From Marsupella aquatica (Eukaryota; Plantae; Marchantiophyta): a stretch of 64,000 nucleotides of DNA. Shown in pieces: positions 1-13,300 of the stretch (positions within the stretch are counted from its first letter, which is position 1; the number at the start of each line of letters is the position of its first letter). The position numbers and the translations under genes are program-made. The notes under the pieces are model-generated. The model was not told the DNA's origin. It searched no databases and saw nothing but the letters and a program-made list of their open reading frames with translations. The stretch spans positions 3,273,659 through 3,337,658 of the forward strand of contig OZ316895.1 of assembly GCA_973895155.1 (NCBI GenBank). Reading direction: 5' to 3'.

Positions 1-739
1 GGGTTGGCTATTCTCGGCGATGGATGCTTGGTGGTAGATGGTTACGACTGGTGAGTCCGTAGAGGTGATGAATCCAAGGCGTTTGATGACCGAGAATCAT
101 TGTTCCCTTCGTAATTCACAACAGGGATAGGAATCTTGGTTGCCTCTTTGAATTCGGTGATGCTGTTCCCTGTTTCTTTATTTCCGGAGGAACGAGTCTA
201 TCGCAAATAGAGTCACTCTTCATTCAAAGATCCTCTGGAGTCCAGCAGCGATTGAAGAAACGAAGAAGTTCTAGGTCAGGAGGAGGGAAACACATAGATG
301 GCGATGGGCCTCGAAGATCTTCTTCAGATTCTAATTTGAGACGTTGCACTCTGATGGCTCTACCGATTCTCCACATGCTCAATATTTGTACATGGGTTCT
401 TAAAGCATTACTTAATGGATATCTAATCTGAATGAAAAATGCCGACTACAGGTGAAGCCTAACGGAGGTGTGCGGGAGCGGATTCAGGGATGAACGTCTT
501 CCGGAAGCCATTGGGCGAGACTTAGCCTTTAGAAGGCTAGCAACGTGACGTCTGCGAGAATATTCTCCATAGCTTATTGGAAAACGGCATGCGCTATCCA
601 ATGCTTCATTGTTTTCCGTTCCTAAAGTCCTTAGAAGAGCGCGGACTGAACAAGTTGCGGCTCATGTAGTATCTGGCCGTTGTCGACATCACTTCTCTAT
701 AACTTCTCTCAGTCGGCTCAACGCATGCGAGGGACAAAT

Positions 740-3700
740 ATGGAGGTGGAAGAAGGTACGGAGAACCGCGGACAACCTCCGGCGGGTGGAAGAGCCGCAT
801 TGAATTTACCAGCAGGCATGTCACTGGACTCTCTAAGATTGGAGACGCGGATGTCACGGCTGGGGCCTGGGTCTCCGATGAAGCAGCCTCTTGGAAACTC
901 CAGTATGCCTGCTCCCTCTCCCACCCGCACTTCCTATAGTGACCGTTTTATTCCTAGTCGCTCCAGCTCGAATCTAACAAACTTCTCCCTTCTGGATAGA
1001 TCTCCGTCCGGAACAAATTCGGCACAGACGAATGAGAGTAGGGAAGATGGAGCAGCAGCTTATTCCCAGTTGCTGAGAACAGAACTCTTCGGACCGGAAG
1101 CGGGTTCTCTCTCACCGGCAACTCCAGAGAAAGCATTGAGTTTGAGTTCGAGGGATCCTACAAGGTCCCCCATGAGTCCCACTAGAAATCTCTTTAGATT
1201 CAAAACCGACCACAGGGCTGGCGGGATAAGCTCAAGACCCGAGTCCCCATATTCCTTATCCCCTGTTGGTGTTGATGGTGCCCTCACGGGCGTTGTGACA
1301 AGTCCTAGGAAAGCTCCAAGGAAGATTGCGCGATCCCCATACAAAGTAAGTTCCTTCGTTCCTGCATTGATGCGCAAATATTGTTCCGAGTAATGGAGAG
1401 CTCTTTGTCCCTTTCCTGCTGCATTGTTCTCGTAGTGTGGGAGGGCCCTTCTTTGAGAGTGTCGTCCGTTAGCAATATGTCGCCATGGTGAACTCTCTTA
1501 TCTGTCAATCAACAATGTGAAAAATGATCTCATTCAATCGTACGAAGAACTTTGCGATGGTGACGGTGTTGTGTTGCCTGCATTATAATGTTTGTTCTAG
1601 CTTGTGATCAAGTTCTGCACCTGCTTGCGTTCGTCTGTTTATGGTTTCTCCACCTGAACAACCGTCCACGTAACCTATCTTCGCCGGTACACATCAAGAG
1701 CAAATGAAAGGGATATTGAAATATGAACTTGGCAGGTGTTGGATGCACCTGCTTTGCAAGACGACTTTTATTTGAACTTGGTGGACTGGTCATCCCACAA
1801 TGTGTTAGCTGTTGGATTAGGCACCTGCGTATATCTGTGGAGTGCGTGTACTAGTAAGGTGAGCCGTTTTTCAACATTCCTTCAACTGCTGCACACGTTC
1901 ACTTCATGGTCAGATCTGCTATCTGATAGGAACTCTGAGGGCCTGCTTTTTCACCTGTCGAACATGAAAGGACAGCTCTGAAACAGAGTCCTTGCATTTT
2001 CTAGCTTTTGAAGGATCTTCTCAATATCTTTAGCTCCATATAGCTGAGTATCCGGTGCATTTGCTCAATTGTAGCCTGACGAAATTTTGCAGATCACGGA
2101 GTTATCTTTTGATGTAGCTGGTCGGCTAGACCACGATTAAACAATGAGTGGTGGTACTTGCAGGTCACGAAATTATGTGACTTTAGTCCACATGATATTG
2201 TTTGCTCGGTAGGTTGGACTCAGCGCGGGACGTACTTAGCAGTTGGCACCAATCTTGGTGAAGTACAGGTACGACATATCCTTCCTGGAATGAAACTCCT
2301 AAAACCCATCGAACTGCCATTGGGCTACTGGACGTATTCTGTTCGATTCGCATTAAAATGCGCACCGTTTTCCAGCCAGAAACTCTATTTCTTGCTGTGT
2401 CGGGATATTATGTTTTATTTCCTTCCAAGGAATTAGAGAATATTTGCTCCTGTGTCTCGGGCTAATCCAAGCAGAAAGCAAGTGTGTCTCTCGCTGCACA
2501 CTTATGCAAAAGAAAGATTTGTCTTATGGTAACAAGGAAGTCACGCATGTGTATTGTATTAAAGCAATGGCATTGCCTCTGGTCAGAGCTGCAGAGTCCT
2601 GTCTTACAGCTCACTGGGCAAAGAATTGTGTTTTATTATTGTTCGTCTAAAATATTCTTCCTAATTGTATCCCAAGCAACTTCCTGCAGATTTGGGATGC
2701 AACTCGTTGCAAAAAGGTTCGGACAATGGGAGGCCACCGCACCAGGGTAGGGACTCTCGCCTGGAGCTCTAATATCCTATCTTCTGGCAGCCGGGATCGA
2801 AACATCTTGCAGCGCGATGTTCGTGTTCAAGAAGATTTTGTTAGCAAACTTGTGGGCCACAAGTCAGAAGTAAGCTCCAACTTTTAGGATTGAGATCCTC
2901 CTGAAGGCGGAATGACTTCTTGTGTTTGAAAGAGAAGACCAAAGACAGTTGTAATATGGTGGAAGTATGAGCTCGCGATGTTGAGGTACGCATTAACAAG
3001 TTCTATTGTTTCCAGGTTTGTGGCCTGAAATGGTCGTATGATGACCGAGAACTAGCTTCTGGAGGCAACGACAATCAAGTGAGATGACTTCCATTCATTC
3101 TTCTCCAATATCATTGTCAATAGATTTCGGATTTTTCAAGTTTTTCTGGATATCGATTGCTTTACTGTCGATGATTTTATGGATGCTGTCAATGATGCTA
3201 TACCAGATGTATGAGCATGAGAAAGGAGCCTCAACTATGCGTTTTTGCAGTTGTTTGTCTGGAATCAACAGTCTACGCAACCTTTTCTGAAATTTAGTGA
3301 GCACACGGCAGCTGTCAAGGCTATTGCCTGGTCTCCACATCAACATGGGCTGTTAGCATCTGGGGGAGGGACAGCTGATCGCTGTATACGATTCTGGAAC
3401 ACAGCAACAAGCACAGCTCTTAATTGTTATGATACCGGTAGCCAGGTACATATTCAGGTTACTTTTGAGTGTATTTTTGTTCTACTGTGAAATGCGTGTT
3501 TGACGTTGGCACTCAGAGCATCTATTCGTAACGCGGTTAAGTTGCCTACATCAATGGCATTGGTCATGTGGAACTGAATTATTGCTGCGTCTGGTGGCAG
3601 GTTTGCAATCTTGTTTGGTCAAAGAATGTGAATGAACTTGTAAGCACTCATGGGTACTCTCAAAATCAGATTATTGTTTGGCGTTATCCAGCTATGTCAA

Positions 3701-4395
3701 AGGTGTGTATATTACAAATTCCACTCTCCGGACGTTTTTGTTACCTATGTATGTAGAGCTAAAGAGGCACTCTCGTGGAGGTTCGTTGGGTGTATTTCAC
3801 GGGAACACTGATTATGATAAATGATTTCTTTGAAACGATTTTGTCTTTGTTTCCTTTCTTGGTGCAGCTTGCAACTCTGACTGGTCACACCATGCGAGTT
3901 CTATATCTTGCCATCTCCCCCGATGGTCAGGTATATTCATCATTTCCAACTATGGTGGTATCTTGCATTTTGAAGATTGACGGAGCCAGTTCATGTAGGA
4001 CAGAAACTTCCCTTCAGTTACCTTGTTGAAGTGTGAGAAGTGATTCCAACTGATTCACACATTCAAGCCGATTTCCTAATCCACTAACGCAACTATTTCT
4101 TTCGATAATTTGGGGTTTACTATCGCAGACAATTGTCACTGGAGCTGGAGATGAGACATTACGATTTTGGAATGTCTTCCCATCACCTAAGTCACAGGTG
4201 CCTTGCATAGTAATACTGTTTTGTTCTCTAGTTTGCCACTTCGATTGGATTTGCCTACAGTTTCTCCATATTGGTCTATTACATTTTGTTCCGCCAAAGT
4301 TACTGACTCAACTTCGATGTTTGTTGTTGTTTCTATTGTAGAGCGCTGTTCGTGACACAGGCGTTTGGTCGCTCGGGCGCACTCACATACGTTGA
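740..4395 (+). CDS. CCS52: CCS52/Fizzy-related (Cdh1-type) APC/C activator, WD40 protein, 10 coding exons
   Basis: Exons with GT-AG borders: 740-1345, 1736-1858, 2164-2268, 2690-2869, 3016-3078, 3251-3445, 3601-3702, 3868-3930, 4129-4197, 4342-4395. C-box [31 protein letters not shown]40 repeats, and C-terminal IR tail (..SLGRTHIR*). An in-frame ATG at 725 is an alternative start. Confidence 0.95.
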
Positions 4396-5851
4396 AATTG
4401 TTTCCCTTTGCGTTCAAGGGATTTCAGTCTGCAGATTTGCATCCCATATTTTAAATCCGGCATGCATCATGTAAATGTACAGAGGTCGTGACACTTGTCA
4501 TCGCAGAAATTTGATACGCCAGTGGCCTAATTTTTGTCCCTCTCCGTCTCACTCTGCTTGGCCAACATTTATCCGAACCGAGCTTCCGAGTTGAAAGAGA
4601 AAGTTGACCATCGTCGAACACAGTTGGCGAACAGTGACAACATTTAGAGGTGAATGCCGTGTTTTGAGGCCAGTCATTTTCTCTTCGATAGTTGATGCGA
4701 AAGATATTCAAATATATTGGACTGATGTGTGAGGGTTTTGGTTGCAGGGATGACTGGGCAGCTCTCCTCAGGTTTGGCAAAAGCTGAATATAAACAGCAA
4801 TTCGAGGTTTTCTTATTACTTATTACTGATGATGATTCTCTTACGTGATACAGCACTGCTGATCAGTATGAGTTTCTGAAGTGGTTGTAGTTGTATTGGT
4901 AGATTGTCAAGATATTCTAGTGTTACAGGTTCCCAGTCGTCTACGGCAGAATTGTTGCCACGTATCCCTAATTTCTTGTTCGGAAGGGAAATCTCTTGAT
5001 AAGAAATTGTGTGTCCTCAGTTACTCTTCTCCAAAGGCAGAAGAGTGCATTTTACAAGTCAACATTCCTTAGTGTGCACCTCTAAGTTTGTTCTATGTGA
5101 ATTGAGGGAGGTGATTGATACAGTCGTGTATATTGACTACGGCCTCCTTGCATCTTTATCCTGGTGACTTCAAAGATTGAACCTACAGGGAAGTGAAATT
5201 GGCACTCTTTGATCAGGACACAGGAAACTGATCCTGAAATTTTTCGGACGACAACGCTGCAAGGAATCGGAAGTACTCGTATGATACTTTCTACATACTT
5301 AGAGAAAGACTCAAGCAAACAACTATGAAAGCTCCCACAAAAACCAAAGACCAAGCATAGTAGACGATCTCAACCATGAGTTCCGACTTAGTTATTTACT
5401 TACCAACCTACGAGAAGAGTCCCAAAACATGCATTTCTGAAAACCCAGACAACCCAAAATATAAAGTTACAGCACAGCTCGAAATGTTAGTATGTGTATC
5501 CAGGAAGTGGTCAATTTTCCTACTACACGATGTCGGCAATACCGAGTTGTTGGATTGAAAATGTAGTTGAGGTGAACCTAGAAAATGGGGTCATACACAC
5601 TAGAACACCTTCTCTATAATGAAAGTTCTCCAATAAATAGGCCCTCATGCTCTTGGTAGACCACCCTTTAGGCTTTACCAGGGCCAAGGGTGTGGAAGTT
5701 TTCAATGCAAAGCTTAATTAGAAGTCCCTAAAGGGAGAGTCATATACACACTGGTGAAGCTCCTAGTTGAGCTCCGGCAAATTAGGGCGCCAAGTAGTAA
5801 CCGTAAGCAAGACAAAGGCAAGTGGTGAAATAACTCTTTGTCGTTATATAT

Positions 5852-6283
5852 TATTGAACTATGACGTATTTCTTCATGACGATACAACCATGATTCATGC
5901 CACACTCACGTAGTCGACACAATCCATACGTGGTTCACTTCTTTTCCAAGGTTACGTCCACACGAACACTTCAACTTTACTTCAGAATAGTCAAACACAC
6001 AAGCTCTCTCTCTTCCTCAAGTTGCTTCGTTACAATGAGCAAACACTACATCCCAACGGCTTACACTAGCCTTAGTATATACAAGGTCCCAGACGACTAA
6101 TTTAACCTCAGCTAAGACCCTAATTGTGGTTAACCTAAGTGTTGTAACCTATGAGTCACCAGACTAAGAGCAATCCTTAGCATATAGTGTGAGCAGTAAT
6201 TGGTTGGTTTGGTTCACTGGTAAACTAAGTAGTTAGCGAGATCTAAGGGAAGGCTAAACGGTAATTTGTCCTAAACTCCAACA
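5852..6283 (-). repeat. 3' LTR of copia element A
   Basis: Right end CCAACA (6278-6283) is directly next to the PPT. The left end is placed at TATTGAAC (probably decayed TGTTGAAC, 5852) by similarity to the GTAGTCGAC..ATACGTGGTTCAC block of the other LTRs in this window. The left border is uncertain. Confidence 0.6.
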
Positions 6284-6357
6284 CCCCCTCTTGACTTGAT
6301 CTCGTTATATAGAGGAGTCAAGTGTATGAACAAAGCAAAGTTGCGGAGACGAAGAGA

Positions 6358-6816
6358 ATGTGATCGATATAGACGTTGCGGGAATCAGCATTGCACATAT
6401 TACTGGTGATGTTGGGTTTCATATCAGCATTGGCCTGGATTTTGTATGATTCGCTGTTCTGCCATCACGGAGGAACACAAGAGGTAGATGACGTTGGTCC
6501 GACTATTCTTCTGGTCCAAGAAAATGTACTTGCTGCGATGGGGCCAGCTAAGCGCCGAACACCAAAAGAAGTTTGGCTAACCGAGAATCCGAAGAGATTG
6601 GATGAAGAGCGAGTGCCACAGACTGAAGTGCAGAATTCTCCAAAGCCACCTAGATGGTATTACGCAGTGGCATGAGGGCCACGGCCTGGAATATACACTA
6701 CGTGGGAGGAAGTAGAGCCACTAGTCAGTGGCTATCGAGGCAATAAATTCAAGTCCTTCAGAACTAGATAGGAGGCTGAGAATTATATGTTGCAATATAG
6801 TGCAGGGCCTCACTAG
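6358..6816 (+). pseudogene. Antisense ORF of copia element A: hydrophobic segment plus RNase H1 N-terminal hybrid-binding (Cauli_VI-like) domain
   Basis: One frame from ATG 6358: M*SI*TLRESALHILLVMLGFISALAWILYDSLF...PPRWYYAVA*GPRPGIYTTWEEVEPLVSGYRGNKFKSFRTR*EAENYMLQYSAGPH*. It matches the HBD pattern YYAVxxGxxPGIYxTWxExxxxVxGyxGxxfKsFxTxxEA. All four internal stops are TGA/TAG, one C>T change from CGA/CAG. Confidence 0.8.
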
Positions 6817-9800
6817 TGCTAGGATGTAACAAATCAACAAGAAGTAGGAATGAGGTGTTATTACCGGCGCATAGATGGTGAATCTGTGGACGTAACTTGA
6901 GTTGAACCACTTATTGCCAACTAGTAGGAAGCACCTTTGTAACGATCTCAACAACTTGATCCTCTAATTTAACATGTTGGATCAAGACTTCCTCTACAAG
7001 TACTCTCTCTCTAATAAAGTGATGATGACTTTTGAGATGCTTGTTTTGGCGTGAAATACCGGATTTTTTGTTAGTTTGATTGCGCTCATGTTGTCGCAGT
7101 ACATGTGTAGATCCTAACTGGTTGGAATGGAAGAGTTTATTAGATCGTTGGCAACGTCAGCGCTTTTCAACATGAGGTCAGCTGGTCCGATGCTGTGTTG
7201 CTGAAGTTCTTCCACTAGGTGTTTCAGGTATACACCCTCTTGGGCACCCTGTGAGAGAGCTCGGTACTCAGCTTCAGTAGTGGAGCGGGAAATAGTCGAC
7301 TGTTGTTTGGAGCTCTAGGCTACGGGACCCATAGCAAGTTTGTGGACGTAGCCCCTTGTTGATCTTTGAGTGTTGGGACAGGAGTTTCCCTAGTCAACAT
7401 CAGTATAACCTTGAAGCTTGAGTGGCCCTCCCTTTTCATAGAATACTCCAAGGTCCATGGTTCCTTTGATGTATTTGACAATGTGCATGGCAATGTCAAA
7501 GTGTGCTTGTTGAGGTTGACTCATGAATCTACTGATTAATCCCATTGAGAACGAGAGATCGAGCCTGGTATTAGCAAGGTAGATAAGTTTGCCTACTAGT
7601 TGGCAATAAGTGGTTACGTCAATGTCGGGAGTGCCTGTCTCAGCAAAGAGTTCAAGACCTTCAGGGAGGGGCGTAGATGTTGGTTTGCAGGTGTCCATGC
7701 CTGACTCTTGAAGTAGCTGTACGTTGTGCATAGAACTATTGATGCAAGAGAACGCCGCTAGTCAAAAAATGAAAGTCTACACCTAGAGAGCGCCTAACAA
7801 GCCCCAAGTCTTTAATCTTATATTTGGATTGTAGTCGTAGCATGATCTCAACAATGAGTTGCTGGCTGCTCCCAGTTATCAATAGATCATCTACAAACAA
7901 GAGAACTATAACAATTTTCTCTTCATGATGGCGTATATAAAGATTGGGGTCTAATGAGCTTCTGACGCACCCAATGGATTTGAGAAAAAGGTCTACTTCT
8001 TCATACCACGTTCGAGGACTTTGTTGAGACCGTAGATTGACCTTCTAAGTCTACAAGCTAATTTTTCTTGTTTGGGTGCTAGAAAACTATCGTTCGTGGA
8101 GTCAACAATAAGGGCGATGCAGAGATCAATTAACATACTCAACTGTGAGTGACATATGAAACTCATCATATTTTGCTGGCAGGTTGGTAATACATCCCGA
8201 AGGTGGCCGGGTACGCTCAAGGTTTTGATGTCGAGCTCAATGGACCTTAAGTGGCACATTTCGTGTAGGTGAAGTTATATCAGATGGAGTAGTCGAAGGA
8301 ATCTCGCTTAGTGAAGGAGCATCATCGAGTGAAGGGGTGTTATTTGTCAAGTCCTCAAGTGGACTGATAATATTCGGGGAAGATCAAGGTATCCGGAGCA
8401 ATAGTATTGCTCAACTCAGTTTGAGTGTCGGTCAAATAGACTCTCTTTTTAGGTAGTGGCTAGTGATGAAAAATCACCAGGAGTTGCTTTATCAACTATA
8501 ACGTCACGAGAAATTAAGATGTTCCAAGTTGCTGGGTCAAAGCATCAGTATGCCTTACTCTGGTCATGGTACCCTATAAGAATACATTTAATGGACTTGG
8601 ACCCAAGCTTGGTCCGATGTTCTTTTGAAATGTGGACATACTTAGGCAGTGCTTCCAATAATGCAAAAATGACCAACTTTTGGTGGAGTAGAGTGAACAC
8701 TTTCAAACGGGGTTGATAAATCTAGGGCTCGGGTACTACAACGATTGTTTATATGATTGGCTGTGCATACCAGTTCCTCCCAAAGAAAACTAAGATGGAG
8801 CGTTAGACCCAAATGCTAAGGTTCGAACAATTTCAAGTAGAGTCCTATTCTTCCTTTCAGTCACCCCGTTCTGGTGAGGAGTTCTGGCCATTGTTAGTTG
8901 TTGGGCCACTCCCTGAGATTTACAAAAGGACTGAAATAGCTCAAACATATACTCTCCCCCTCTATTGGTACGTAGACATGCTATTCTATGGCCGAGAGAG
9001 ACATCGACACTTTGTTTAAAGTTTTTGAACTTCTCTGAAGCTTTGCTTTTAACCTTTAGGAAGTAGACCCTTGTGTGCCAAGAATAATCATCCGCAAAGG
9101 TGAGAATATACCTGGCACCAAGGAGCAAAGCGTGGGCAATGGATTGCAAAGGTCACTGTGGACTAGTTCAAGTAGTTGTGTTGCTCAAAAGTTGGCCACC
9201 TTGGGAATACTACTCCGAGTTTGCTTGCCTTTCATGCAGGTCTCACATATGTGCTGGTCAGATGTCAGCATAGGAGCTCCCGTGATGAGTTTGCTTTGAG
9301 TCATGTACATGAACTAGACGCTGAGAGCTAGAATGGCCTAGACGTCAATGCCAGAGTTGATGAGTTGGTAGCCGGACTCAGCCACATGACACTGAGACAA
9401 GACCTTGGAGTGAAGTTGCGTTCTGTTGTTGAGATGTATGGGATTCACACTCAACACGTCAATGTTGTACATCTTATTGTAGGGGTCATGTGTACCCTTG
9501 AGACAGATTTGAGGAGGTCGCCGGTTGTTAAATACATAGCAATATTTTGAATTGAAGAGAACGGAGTGATCTTGGTCAGTGAACATCCCTACTAACAACA
9601 ACTTTCTAGTGATACTAGGCACATACAAAACATCACAGATGGATTTATTGCTTGAAAGTGGAATACATCTGGATCTAGAGATTGGCATCTTGGATCCACT
9701 AGCACTCAAGACACCTAACGTGGGCGGTGTGCTGCAAAGAGTGGAAAAGCTAGACTGGTTACAACCGATGTGAGTCAATGCCCCACTATCTAAGATCCAG

Positions 9801-9997
9801 TTATGAGTAGCAGGATTGTGGCCGTCAAACTTGCGAAGCATGGCCTCAAGTGTAAGGGCCGATGATGGGCCTTCGTTGCTGCTGTTGTTCTTCTCTGAAT
9901 CACTATCTCCAATGTCACCATGGACAGCAAGGTATGACCTGGAGCCAATACTTTGATGCTTTGGATGCTCTAAGTGAGCTCACGCGTGTGAGCAACG

Positions 9998-10340
9998 TGT
10001 TAGGTATTTACTCAAGGTCTAGGGTTACAACATGTAACCATAGTTAGACTAACCATAGTCGGAGATGTGGTTAGGTTAACTAGGATGCACACTATATGCC
10101 AAGCGGTGTTTGCTTGGATAAGTGGAACTTAGGCGCATTGTTATGGAGCCACTTGAGAGATAAAGGAGAGCTTACACTTGGAGACTTGGTATGGCCGACG
10201 GGCTTAGAGTTCAATAAAGTTCTCTTGTGTGTTCCCGTAGACGTAGCCTCAAGGAGGTGAACCACGTATCTCTTATGTCGACTACTTGCACATTGGATGT
10301 GTCATGTGCTTACCATTGCGATTGTCGTCTATGCTCTACA
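9998..10340 (+). repeat. 5' LTR of copia element B (343 bp)
   Basis: Starts TGTTAGG, ends CTACA, and is followed after 2 nt by the PBS. Related copies at 46257-46345 and 46498-46829. Confidence 0.88.
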
Positions 10341-10342
10341 AT

Positions 10343-10354
10343 TGGTATCAGAGC
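10343..10354 (+). promoter_or_regulatory. Primer binding site (initiator tRNA-Met)
   Basis: TGGTATCAGAGC immediately after the LTR; the canonical plant LTR-retrotransposon PBS. Confidence 0.92.
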
Positions 10355-13300
10355 ATGCCTGGGAGGTGACGTGTGTTCGTGACGGGATTTCATGACGGTT
10401 TTTCTAGCGTTGAGTGTCGATGGATTTCCCGGAGTTCCGTCGCATGGAACTTGGAGTTTATGGGCTCAACGGATAGATCGGGGCAAGGGCTTTCTAACGG
10501 TGTGAAGAAATTGCTGAACGGAGCTCATGGTGCGAAGAGATCTAAGTTTTTGTCGTTCTGGATTTTGTGAAGAAAGTCGGCAACATTCGTGTTTGACGGT
10601 TTTTTGGAGGAGGATCCAGAGTTTGTTTTCTCGACGGTGTGAGCTCTACGGTGAAGGACGCATCGCATGCTGTAGCTCTACTTGTAGATCGGGATGAGCT
10701 GTTTGTTTTGGTAGCTGATTTGTTACCAAGTGAGTACCATGTGCGACGGGATGAGCAAAAGCAGTGTTCTGATTTTTTGACCGGTTATGGAGTCTTATTT
10801 TGCCTGAGAGGGGTTTCTTGTCGTGGCAATCGACTTGGAGGGAGAAGCGTCAAGTGTTTTGACTCAACAGAGAGATTGAGGCAAGATGATTGTTTTGAGT
10901 GTGGGATTGGCTCTTTGATGCAAAGAGGAAGGCTAAGCGAAATCAATTTCCTTGTTGGACTTGGTGACGACACCAAGTGCAATTCATCAACATTCGTTGT
11001 TGAGAAGGTACCATTTTTTCTCTTTGAAAAATTGATTCGAAATTGGCTATGGCAATTGAGAGAAATTTGTCATTTGTACCAATTTTTTTTCTCCCTCGTT
11101 CTTTCCTCATTTTGGGTGCTTCTTATATCGATCGTCACCGCCTCGGAGTCTAGTTTCCAAATCTAAAATCAGATCTTGATTTCGTCAAAACCCGAGTGAG
11201 ATATCTTGCATTTGGTGTCGAGGGGTACATTTTTCCGTGTGTATTTTCTGCGCGCGCGACCAGATTTCGACGACGAAGGGTGGTAGGGGATTTTGGGGGT
11301 TTGAGGACACGTGTCAGCCCCTCGATTGCTCTTCCAAAATCCCCACAGGGCCTATACAAGGGTCATAGAATATTCCAAAAAACCAGAGAGCTATTTTTTG
11401 TCCGTCCGTTAAAGATTCTGTCCACCGCAAGATAATTTTTTTCGTTTGTCTTTGGCAAGTTGCTAGCCATCGGAGTTGGCAACGCGGTACACAAATTGAA
11501 TTGCATTTCCGACATCGGGTACTAGTTCACATTTTGTTTATTCCCCGAGGTGGTCAAAACGGGGAGAATTCCAAGTTTTACCCACCCCGACCGAAAAATG
11601 AATAACTTTTACGTCGAAGTTTGGTTTTGATTTTGGTTTTCAGCGTTGGAAAGCTAGGCTCGTGGGCTACGTGGCAGTAAACTTTTGATTTTTTTGAGAA
11701 GTTGAGAAAAACATCATTTTTTCTTGATTTCTCACATGAGTGACTTGGAGGAGGGTTCTATTGAGTCACCGGAGAGAACAGAGGAGGAAGCAGAAGATCT
11801 AGCAGAATTGTGGTCACCGGTATTGCGGCAAGTGACAAGAAAAAGGATGGGAACAATCAAGCTTGGAGGCCCCAAGTTTGAGGTTACGAAATATGATGGC
11901 CGCATGGACTACTTGTTGTGGGAGCGACAAGTGAAGGGGGTACTCCGTGCAACGGGGCTTGCGAAATTGCTGAAGGACCAGTCAAATGATGTCGACAATG
12001 ATGACTGGCATGACATGCAGGAGCAGGCTGTGAGCACTGTGATGCTCTATCTTTAGCCTAATGTCATCAAGCAAGTGGCGGACCATATCGATTGTGCGTC
12101 ATTGTTTGCCGCGTTGGAGCAAAAGTACCATCAGAAGGAGCTGTCGAATCGGCTCTACACATCTTTGAAGCTGATGAGCTTCAAGATGAAGGAGGGAAGT
12201 GCAAAGATTCAGGACCATATCGATGGTTTCAACGACTTGGTCATTGATTTACAAAATCTGGGGGAGGATTTGAGTTATGAGCGGCAGACTCTTTACTTGC
12301 TTAGCTCTTTATCCTCGTCGTATCAGTCATTGTCACGAGTGTTGCTTCGTCGTGACAGGAAGACTATCACTTACAATGAAGTTGTAAGTGCTTTGTTGAC
12401 TGATGAATTGCAGCAAAAATTGACCATGCCCTCTCAGCCATCATCGTCGTCTGGTGCTGCCTTGAATGTGAATCGTGGGAGGTCATTGAAGCATCCAGAG
12501 CAGCGGACGAATGGGAGGGGAAGAAGTAAATCTAGGACAAGATTTGCTTCAAGGGGGAAGTCCCAAGAGAGAAAGCCAGTAGTCTGTCGGAAGTGTCTCA
12601 AGGTTGGTCACGTTAAGAGGGATTGTAAGGGTACGATAGCTGAATCTTCATCAGCCAATGTGGCTAGTGCTGATGGAGAAGTTGATTTACTCAATGATGA
12701 GTATGTTTATGAAGCCAGGAGTATGCCCTGTGCACATCATCTAGGAGAGCGAACGATGTCTGGATTCTTGATTGTGCTTGCTCCTTTCACATTTGTTACA
12801 TTCGCGAGTATTTCAGTTCTTACTCTGTTTCAAACGGTTCAGTTCTGATGGGAAATGATCACTCTTGTCAAGTTGAGGGTATTGGGTCTGTAAAGATTCA
12901 AATGTTTGATGACATTGTGCGCACAGTGTCCGGAGTCAGGTTTGTACCTGGCATGCGTAAAAAATTGATTTCACTCGGTGTGTTGGATTCAAATGGTCAT
13001 CAATGGAGCGTTATTGATGGTGAACTTCAAGTCAGGTCAAGAGAGACAGTGGTTTTGAAGGGGAGCAGAGAGAAGAATTGTATGTGTTGCAGGGCAATAC
13101 TATATGTGGAGAGGCCAATGTAACCAAGTCTCACGAGGGGATGACTCAACTATGGCATTCATGACTAGGCCACATGAGTGAGAAGGGTTTGACTATCTTA
13201 CGGAAGAATGAACTCATTTTTTATTTGCAATCTTGTAAATTAGAGTTTTGTGAGCACTACATTCTTGGAAAGTAACATCGTCATGCTTTCGGTATCGGAA

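Larger units (their letters stand above)
5852..9997 (-). mobile_element. Degenerate, 5'-truncated Ty1/copia LTR retrotransposon (element A)
   Basis: Minus-strand pol remnants in copia order: protease (WILDSGA, 9338-9841), integrase (YILTFADDYS..RTPHQNGVTERKNRTL, 8790-9149), RT with an internal deletion (7390-8060, LIYLANTRLDL..LQGYTDVD) and RNase H (about 6900-7390). PPT (plus strand CCCCCTCTTGACTTGA, 6284-6299) abuts the 3' LTR. Many stops and frameshifts. Gag and the 5' LTR are missing. Confidence 0.9.

Noticed and set aside
5548-5851. Longer 736-bp LTR for element A starting at TGTTGG 5548
   Set aside because: Similarity to the other LTRs places the end near 5852. There is no second LTR or TSD to confirm either border, so it is not fully excluded.
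9964-9976. 13-bp match GATGCTCTAAGTG with 21441 and 21485, suggesting element A resumes there
   Set aside because: A match this short is expected by chance in 64 kb and does not extend.
10639-11435. Extra ORFs in the leader of copia B
   Set aside because: Non-ATG starts, no recognisable motif; consistent with an untranslated leader.
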